Shown here: piece after piece, positions 38,201 through 47,200 of the stretch | Layout of the letters: each line of letters opens with the position of its first letter | Position numbering within the stretch: position 1 is the first letter of the stretch | The notes under the pieces: model-generated | Told to the model about the DNA's origin: nothing | The model's database searches: none | Seen by the model: only the letters and a program-made list of their open reading frames with translations | Translations under genes and position numbers: made by a program | Virus record (IMG/VR): IMGVR_UViG_3300030250_000026 | DNA from: a virus | Length of the DNA: 54,237 nt | Strand: one strand, 5' to 3'

Positions 38201-41200
38201 CTTATCATGCCAATGGTGCGAACCCGCTGGTGAAGTCGCTCACTGGTTATGACCGTGCAGAGGCTATGGACGATGGTTACCATACGCATGACGAGAATGG
38301 CAAGGTGGTAGATGAGTTGTCGGTGCCGGAAATAGGGCTTGAAATTCATGATGGTGACTTGCAATGGAATGTGTTGTTGCGCCGTAATGGTTATGATGCG
38401 CGGAAGGCTGCCCAGGTGTATCTTGACTATTGCAAGGAACATGGCCTGACGCCGATGTTCTGCTACGATGGTGTGGTGGACATGAGTGGTGAGCGTGCGA
38501 CTTCGCACCCGGAGTATTACAAGTTGCTGACGGATTTCAGAGTGTATGATGAAGATGGCAACAGCATTCGTCAGCGTGCGGTAAAGGCCCTTTTGCCGGA
38601 GAACTGGCAGGTGATACTTGACAAGTATTTGCAGCAGGAGAGTGCTTTGGGAAGCAAGGTTGGCCACATTGGGCTTGATGAGGGGCTGATGAAAGAAATC
38701 AATGCTGTAACGCGGTTTGCTTCGATAGAAAGTGGTGAGCGTGACACATTGACAAAGTTGCTGACTTCAATCTATGGCAAGGACAATGTGCAGGTGCTGG
38801 CTACGCGTGAGTTTGATGCGGCTCTTGATGAGGTGACTGAGCGTGGGCATGCTCAAATGTTGCGTGACAATGGTGGCACGGTGTATGGTTTTGCGGTTGG
38901 TGACAGGATTGTGCTGAATGAAGATTTGTTCAATGCCAACACGCCGATGCACGAGCATACGCATGTGTATATGAAGGTGCTGAAGGCGACGAACCCCCGT
39001 TTGTATAACCGTGGTATGGAGCTTTGGCGCGATACGCCATTGTGGAAGCAGGCTAAGCGTGGTCTTGAGGAGTTGGGTGAGGAACCTACAGATGAGCAGA
39101 TATTCAGTGAGTGCATGAGCCAGTTTACGGGTGTTGAGAATGAGAAGGTTATCAGTGAGGTGACTGGCATAACAGACAAGAACTGGCTGCAGAAGGCTAT
39201 GTCGTGGTTGAGCGAGATGTGGAAAGGTGTGAAGTCTGCTTTCAGTCGTTGGACGCAGAATGACCTTGATGGCTTGACCGCGGAGCAGTTTGGCCGTATG
39301 CCATTGCGTGCCGTATATGATGCGAAGGAGCGCAAGGCTTATGCTAAGATGGTTAAACAAGTGTTTGGTAATGGTGGTGCAGGTGAACATGGTGTTGAGA
39401 TGATGCATGAGCCGTCAAGAGAGGAGACGATACTTCGTGATGTGGTGATAGAGCACATGAAGGGCAGTGGCCTTGATGTGATTGGCACGGAAGAAGGGCA
39501 GCGTGTGCTTGACATGGCGAATGGAAGATATGTAAGGTTGGAGGCTAAACAAAAAAGAGCACTTGAAACCGCGACGATAGCAGAGCAATCCACTAATAAT
39601 GCCACAGTCGTTTCAAGTGCTGATGGTGCAAAGGTACAAAAGGTTCTTGAAACACTTGCCGATAATTATGAAAAACGTCCTAACAAGACGAGAGGCTTTA
39701 TAACTGATTTGTCAAGAAGTCTTGGTTTAGTACAGCATGAAGCGAGCCAATATGGTACATTCGAGACACGAAATGGTAAGTTGGTTACTATCCGTGTGAG
39801 CAATCACAATGCACGTGTTTCGTTCTTTGACGAAAATGGTGAGGAAGATGGAATAAGCATTGTTATATCAAGCCATAAGAACAAAGGGGTATTGAATGAT
39901 GGCAAGGCTCATTTAGTGGAATATTTCTATCCGAAGCAATCTCTTGAACGTTCGGGAGGTAAGCCTTTGGCTGATATAGTAAAGTGTGTATCTACGGTTT
40001 TGGAAAGTGGTAAGTTTGAGGATACGACAGGACTGGCTCAACGTCAGGAGGTGAATGCCCAACAAATTCGCGAGCACCGCGTGTATCATGGCAGTGGTGC
40101 TGAGTTTGACCACTTTGACCATAGCCACATGAGCGAGGGCGAAGGTTCGCAGGTTTATGGCTGGGGCACTTATGTGACTGAGGTGAAAGGTATTGCTGAA
40201 GGGTATGCGATACGTGCAAGGAATGGAATATCAAATATCAATGAGGAGTGGTATTTGAAACGTGGTGAACTTGAATCGAATATCTATCGTGCCAAGGAGC
40301 AGTTGCCTTTCCTTAAAGGGGAATATAAGGCAGAAATGGAAGCTCAAATCTCGGAATGGGAGAAACAGTTAAAGGAATATGATGGACCTAATAACCTCTA
40401 CACGGTAGAAATTCCCGATGACAATGGAAGCAACTATCTTGCATGGAATGAACCATTAAGTGTGGAAGATTCAGGTAGAATTATAAGTGGCCTGTTTGAT
40501 TTGCCTCCTTCGGATATTGAGGAGATGGCTAAACGTGATTATACGTTCAAACATATTTTGTATGACCTGATTAAAATTAATGATAAGGCGCAGTATGTTC
40601 CTGTCTTGGCTAAGGGCAATGTGCTAAGCAGGTCTACAATGTATGATGGTGGTAGAGAAATAAATGATTTTGGCGGAGTTTACAGAAGGTTGCAGGGCTG
40701 GTTCGGCAGTGCCAAGGCTGTATCGAAGTTTCTTTATTCTCTTGGCTATGCCGGCATTAAATATCCGGCAGACTATCGCAGTGGCGGCCGTGAGGACGAT
40801 GCGAAGAACTATGTTATCTTCAACGAGAATGATGCGGAGATAACTGACCATGTGCGCTTTTTCAAGACCAAGAATGGCGAGGCTTATGGCTTTACTGTTG
40901 GCGGCAAGATTTACTATGACCCGAGGATTGCGAATGCTGAGACACCTGTGCATGAGTATGCCCACTTGTGGGCGAGTGCGCTGAAGGCGAACAATGCGGA
41001 GGAGTGGAAGAATGTGGTTGACTTGATGAAGGGCACCAATGTTTGGGAGGAGGTGAAAAAGACCTATCCCGAACTTGAAACGGACGATGAGATTGCTGAC
41101 GAGGTGCTTGCCACGTATTCGGGCCGACGGGGTGCGGAGCGACTTCGTGAGGAGATGCGCAAGGCTGCTGCCGATGGTGATGGCGTGATGGGCAAGGCTG

Positions 41201-44200
41201 AGGCGGTGAGTGCGCTGCAGCGTGTGAAGCGTGCCATTGACAGGTTCTGGAAGGCTGTGGCAGACTTCCTTCACATTCACTACACGAGTGCCGAGGAGGT
41301 GGCTGACAGAGTGATGAAGGATTTGCTTGACGGTGTGGACCCGAGAAAGTTCATGGGGGATAAGGCGCAGAAGGAGAAGATGCGCTATCAATTCATGGGC
41401 GAGAAGGGTGCTGGCGAGAATGTGCGTGACGCGGAGGACTACACGGCATTTGCCAGCCGGTATGGTGTCAGCGAGGATATGGTGAAGGATTATGCGTTGG
41501 GCATAAAGACTGGCAACTTGCAAAAGGCTAATTTTGCCTTGACTGAAATACGCCGTACGATGCGTGTGGCAAACCGTGGCATGAAGCTTTCGGAGTTTGG
41601 CAAGTTGTTCCGCCCTGTGCAAAAGGAGCTGGCTGAACGTTATGGTGACATAGAGGTGTTGCGGCAGGAGTATATTGATGCTGAGATGCGTGAACGTGGC
41701 GTTATGGAGGCTGCCCGAAAGCGTGCCGAGGAGGAGGCGGCAAAACGTAAGGCTCGTGCTGATGAGTTGCGTTTGTTGCCGGAAGAGGAACTTGACAGGC
41801 GTTATTTTGAGGCGGTTGAGCGTGGTGACGATGCTGCTGCCCGCGAGATGCTTGACGAGGCTGCCCGCCGCAAGGGTTATGGCGATACTGAAAGTGAGTA
41901 CCAGGGTGTGGGTGCATGGGTGGCACCGTCGAACCCTGGTTATGAGACGGACGAAGCGAGACGTGACGCCGTTGGCGAAGACTCGCCTGACCTCAATGTG
42001 GAGGACATGGCGGCAGGCTACAGCAACCAACCAGAAGACATTTTTGTGCATCCTGATAAATACTCGCAAGGCTTGCCAACAAGCAAGGAGAGCGGCAAGG
42101 CGATACAGACGGCCATTGACGACATACGGAACGGTAAAAAGGAGGTAAAAATAAAGGTGTATCGCGCTGTGCCTACCTCAGTAAAGGAGAGCAAATTGCG
42201 CAATGGTGACTGGGTGACCCCCTCGAAGGAGTATGCAGAGATGCATGGCAACAACCGTTTGGAAGGTAAGTACCGCATCATTGAAGATGAGGTACCAGCT
42301 GGTGAACTTTGGTGGGACGGCAACGATGTCAACGAATGGGGCTTTGACGATGGCAAGGGCTACAAGTATAAGAATGTGGAGAACAGCCGCAAGTTGAATG
42401 ACCTTGTGACGCGTGATGATAATGGCGAGATTATTGCTCCTTCGAAGCGTTTTGACGAGAATGTGGAAGATGTGAGGTACCGCACAAGCGAAGAACTTGG
42501 TCAAGAATATGGCTCGCGTTGGATTGACGAACAGACTAATGAGGACGGACGTCATACGACGCAGGTGAAGAACACCATCAATTCGTACAAGAAATTTGGT
42601 GACTGGGTGAAGCGTGATTCAGGCGGACGCAATGTAGATGTGCTTGATGCGAGCAGCGGCCTTGGTCTTGGCACAGAGTGGTTGCGTGAGAATGGTATTA
42701 ACGTTGAAGACGTGGAGCCTTATCCGTCAGAGAACCGCACAGCCCCTACTTATATAAGTTATGGCGAAGTAAAGAAAAAGTATGACTACATTATTAGCAA
42801 TGCAGTCTTGAACGTGATACCCGATGACTGGCGGGCCAATGTGCTGCACAATATGGCGGAAAAATTGAAAGTTGGCGGCAAATTGGTTATCAATGTGCGT
42901 AGTGCTGAAAGTATTCGCAAACAAGGTAAGGAGGGTGAGACGCGTATAACTCTTGACGACCCGTCGGAGATACTTGTGTTACGCCCGAATGGTAGCATCA
43001 AGGCTTATCAGAAAGGATTTACAAAGGCTGAACTGAAAGAATGGTGTGAAAAGGAATTGGGCAAGGGTTATTCGGTAGAAATAGCGAATGACAAGAACGC
43101 TGGCGGCAGCTATGATACTGCTGTGGTGGTGACTAAAAATAACGAAAGCGGCACTATTGGTGTCGCTTCCGAGGCGGGCCGTCCACGCAGGAGTGCGCAG
43201 GCCTTGCCCAGTTCAAATGCAAAGTTAGACAATAATCAGAAATTTGCCAATAACTTATTGGTACTTTCTGAAAATTTGTCTGAAAGAGATATGGGAGCGC
43301 ATGAATTCTTGTTCAATGTGGCAAAGGCTTTTGGGCTTAATGGACAAAATTTGAATAAGTCTTTCTATCAAGATTTAAGCAATTCAGTTGGCATTCGCAT
43401 ATCAGACCATTCGGCAAATACTGATAACATTACAAACAGAAATGTGAACGATGATGTTTATGGTTTAGTTGTAAAACTCTCTAAGAATCGCTTTAAGTCA
43501 AGAAGCGATGCCAACTACCTTGAATACGTTTACTATCCCGACAAGTTGACTGGCGAGCGTCAGCGTGAGATTGTTGAAGGGTTGAATAAATTCTTGCAGA
43601 CTGGCGACTATATGCAACTGCCAGCACCAGACAGAGTGAACCGTTCGGGGAAGTTTGATGTGTTGATTGACGGAAGGGAAACTTCGCCAACGGCCAAGCA
43701 CCAGGCTGCCAATGACCTTGCGCGGCAGATGCACGTGGAGGGTGAAGTAGAGGTGGTGACAAGCACTGATGGCTTGACCGGCAGACAGGCGAAGGCTAAG
43801 GGCTGGTATGATGTGAGGACCGGACGTGTGACGATTGTGCTGCCTAATAACAAGAATGCGGCTGATGTGCGTGAGACGGTGTTCCACGAGGTGGTGGCGC
43901 ACAAGGGGCTACGTAACCTTGTGGGTGAAGAAAACTTTAACACCTTCCTTGATAACGTGTACAACAATGCTGAGGAGGGCATCAAGCAGACCATTGACGA
44001 GATGGCTGAGAAGAAGTATAATGGTGACAAGCGCAAGGCTACTGAGGAGTATATGGCGCACTTGGCCGAGGACGGTGAGTATGTGAAGCCGGAGAACCAG
44101 GGCTTCTTTGCGAAGGTGAGGGATTTCTTGACGGACTTGCTGAGGAAGGTTGGCATAAAGCTTGGCTTTAAGTTGACGGACAATGATTTGCGCTACATAT

Positions 44201-47200
44201 TGTGGCGTAGCTGGAAGGGGCTTGCTGAGCGTGACGGCGGTTCGGTGTTTGAGAAGGCTGAAGATGTGAAGATGCAGCATGAGCTTGGTCAGACTGACGA
44301 GGCTCGCTCGGCGAGTGGTGAGAATGGTATCATGTTCCGTGAGGGGAGTGATGAGCTGAAGGACGTTGTGGAGAAGATGAAGGCTGACGTTGAGCGGTTG
44401 CATGAGGGTGAGCTTGATGATTTGCGCTCGGGTGCGCGGGCTATTGGCGGGCGGCTGAGTGAGCTGAACAAGGCGATGCGCCTGCAGCGTGCTTATGACA
44501 TGAGCACTGTGGCGAGTGTGACGGAGCTGGCGAAGACGATGCTCAAGAATGGCTTGCTGAGTGAGATGAGTGACTATGATGTGCGCCGTTTGCTGTCGGT
44601 GGTGAATAATGTGCATGGCAAGGGTGACATCAGGCCTTATGTGCAGAAGGTTGTGGACATGATGGTTGGCAACCGGCTGCGTAATGTGTCGAAGGCGTTT
44701 GACAAGTTGCTTGCCATGCGTGGGAAGAAGGTTGATGCGCGTGGCGTGGAGGTGCAAGGTGAGCTTGACTTGGCCGGTCAGCGCATGGCAGATGTGGTGT
44801 GGAAGGGCATTGGCATGTCGGACGATGATGTGGCGGACATGTGTGCTGATGCCCAGGACCGCATGATGAGTGCGAATGGTGCGGAGGCAGCTGCTGCTGC
44901 GACGGACTATGCCGGGTGGCAGATTGTGATGCGTTACAATGAGACGATACGTGACAGCAAGAGTGAGGAGGTGCGGTTGCGCGAGGATTTGAAGCGTGCG
45001 AAGGAGGATTATGATGCCGGGCGTATGACGCGTGAGGCTTACATGGAGTTCAGGGAGAGCACGAATGACGCGATACGCGAGAACCGCATTGAGCGTGCTG
45101 AGGCTTATGAAGAGTTGTATGAGCAGCTTGGTGGTGCTTATGGGGAGAGCATTAAGCGTGCGGCTGACTTTAAGGCTGCCGAGAAGGCGCGTGTGCTGGA
45201 GATACAGCATAATGCCAACTCGGACATGGAGGGCCGCCCGGCGCGCTCATACAGAAAGGACACTGCTGTGGACAAGGTGCTGAACAGCTCGCCAGTGCAG
45301 TTGTTGTTTGCCCCGCTTGGTACGTTTGACCAGATGCTGCGTATGTTTGGCAGCAAGAATGTGAAGGGCGAGGGTTACTTGTGGAACCGGTACATGCGTG
45401 GTTGGCTGACTGCGACAGAGAATGAGTATACGGGTTATCGCGATGCTACTGCCGAGCTTGACGCGAAGGCTGCTGAGGTGCTTGGCAAGGGTAAGACTTG
45501 GGCTGACTTGTTTGCGCTTGAACGTAAGTTGCCGAAGGCTACGGTGCGTGTGTGGGACAATGGCGAGATGAGGGAACTTGAATTGCCCCAGGGTAACTTG
45601 CTTTACATCTACATGGTGGACAAGATGGCCGACGGCCGCATGAAGTTGCGCAAGATGGGTGTGACGGAAGATGATGTGGCTGCGATTGAGGATTTTCTGG
45701 ACCCGCGGCTGAAGGAGATTGGTGACTGGCTGCAGGAGGTGTATCTTGTGGAGAAGCGAGGCAAGTATAATGAGGTGCATGAGCGTATGTTTGGTGCTGC
45801 GATGGCTTCGATAGACAATTACTTCCCGCTGAAGATATTGAAGGACGCACGTGCTGAGAATGTGGACGTTGGTGTGGAGAAGCGTGAGTCGGAGATGGCA
45901 TCTACGATTACGGGCAGTGTTGTGAAGCGTACGCGTAATGCGCTGGCACTTGACTTGCTGAACTCTGATGCCTTTTCGGTGGTGCTTGACCACTTGCAGC
46001 AGATGGAGCATTGGAGTGCCTTTGCGGAGTGGAACAGGGACTTGAACACGCTGTTGTCGTACAAGCACTTCCGTAACCAGGTGAAGAATATGCGTAGTGC
46101 ATACGGTAGCGGTGAGCGGCTGTGGGAGGCTTTTGACAAGGTGGCGCGTATTGCTGCTGGCACTTATACTCCGCCCAAGGCTTTTGCTGACAAGCTGGCT
46201 GTAAATATAGCGAAGGGTGTTACTGCTGCGAAGATTAGCTTGCGTGTGTTTACTGCGCTCAAGCAGTTTACATCGTTCCCGGCGTACTTGTCGGACAGTA
46301 ATCCGGTGTATCTGCTGAAGGGTGTGGCTAACCCGTATGGTTCGTGGAAATGGTGCATGGAGAATTTGCCCCTGTTTGAGAAACGCTGGAAGAGCCGCAT
46401 GGCTGGTGACCCGAGGTTGCTGAAGAATGAGATGGACTGGGGCTTGTGGCGTGACAATGTGGTGCAGATGGCTGCGAAGTGGGGTATGACTCCGAATGGT
46501 TTTGTTGATGCGTTGACGGTGTGCATAGGCGCGAGGGCGATGTATGAGACGAGGCGCAGGAAGTATATTCGTTATGGTTATGGCCTGGAGGAGGCTGAGC
46601 GACGTGCGAAACAAGATGCTTCGATATTGTATAACCAGACTCAGCAGTCGAGCGAGGGTGCTTTTTTGTCGGCCTTGCAGGTAGACAGGTCGTGGTATTC
46701 GGTGTTGTTTACGGTGTTCAGGAACTCTTCGATGTCGTATACGCGTCAGTTGTATGCTGCATTGCGCAACACTGGCCGCAGGATAGCGGGTGGTGCGAAG
46801 TTTAAGGGCATTAGCGAGGCGTTTATGGCTAAGCAGATGGAGCGTGACGGGATAGACCCGGATAAGGCTTCGAAGAATGCTAAGGCGGAGTATCGCAAGA
46901 GTTGGATAAATGACTTTGTGCGTGCTGGTGTGTTTGGCTATGTGTTGCAGCTGGCTTGGAATTGTGGTCCGTATGCGCTATATATGTTGTTTGGCGACGA
47001 TGAGAAGAAGGGCAAGGAGATGTGGCATGATATATGGACGCACACTGCATTTGGCTCGGTGGAGGGCTTGACTGGTGGTGATGTGTGGAGCGCGGGCTTG
47101 CAGTCGCTGTGGAACCATTATATGAATGGTGAGGACTTTAATGCTAACAGCGTGAATAAGGATATGCCATTGACGAGTGACTTGCTTAAGGTGGTGAAGA

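Noticed and set aside
42154-42300. A second ART of the R-S-E type (YRAV ... TPS ... EDE) in the giant protein
   Set aside because: The spacings between the three motifs (about 20 aa each) are much shorter than in known R-S-E ADP-ribosyltransferases. This is probably a chance resemblance.
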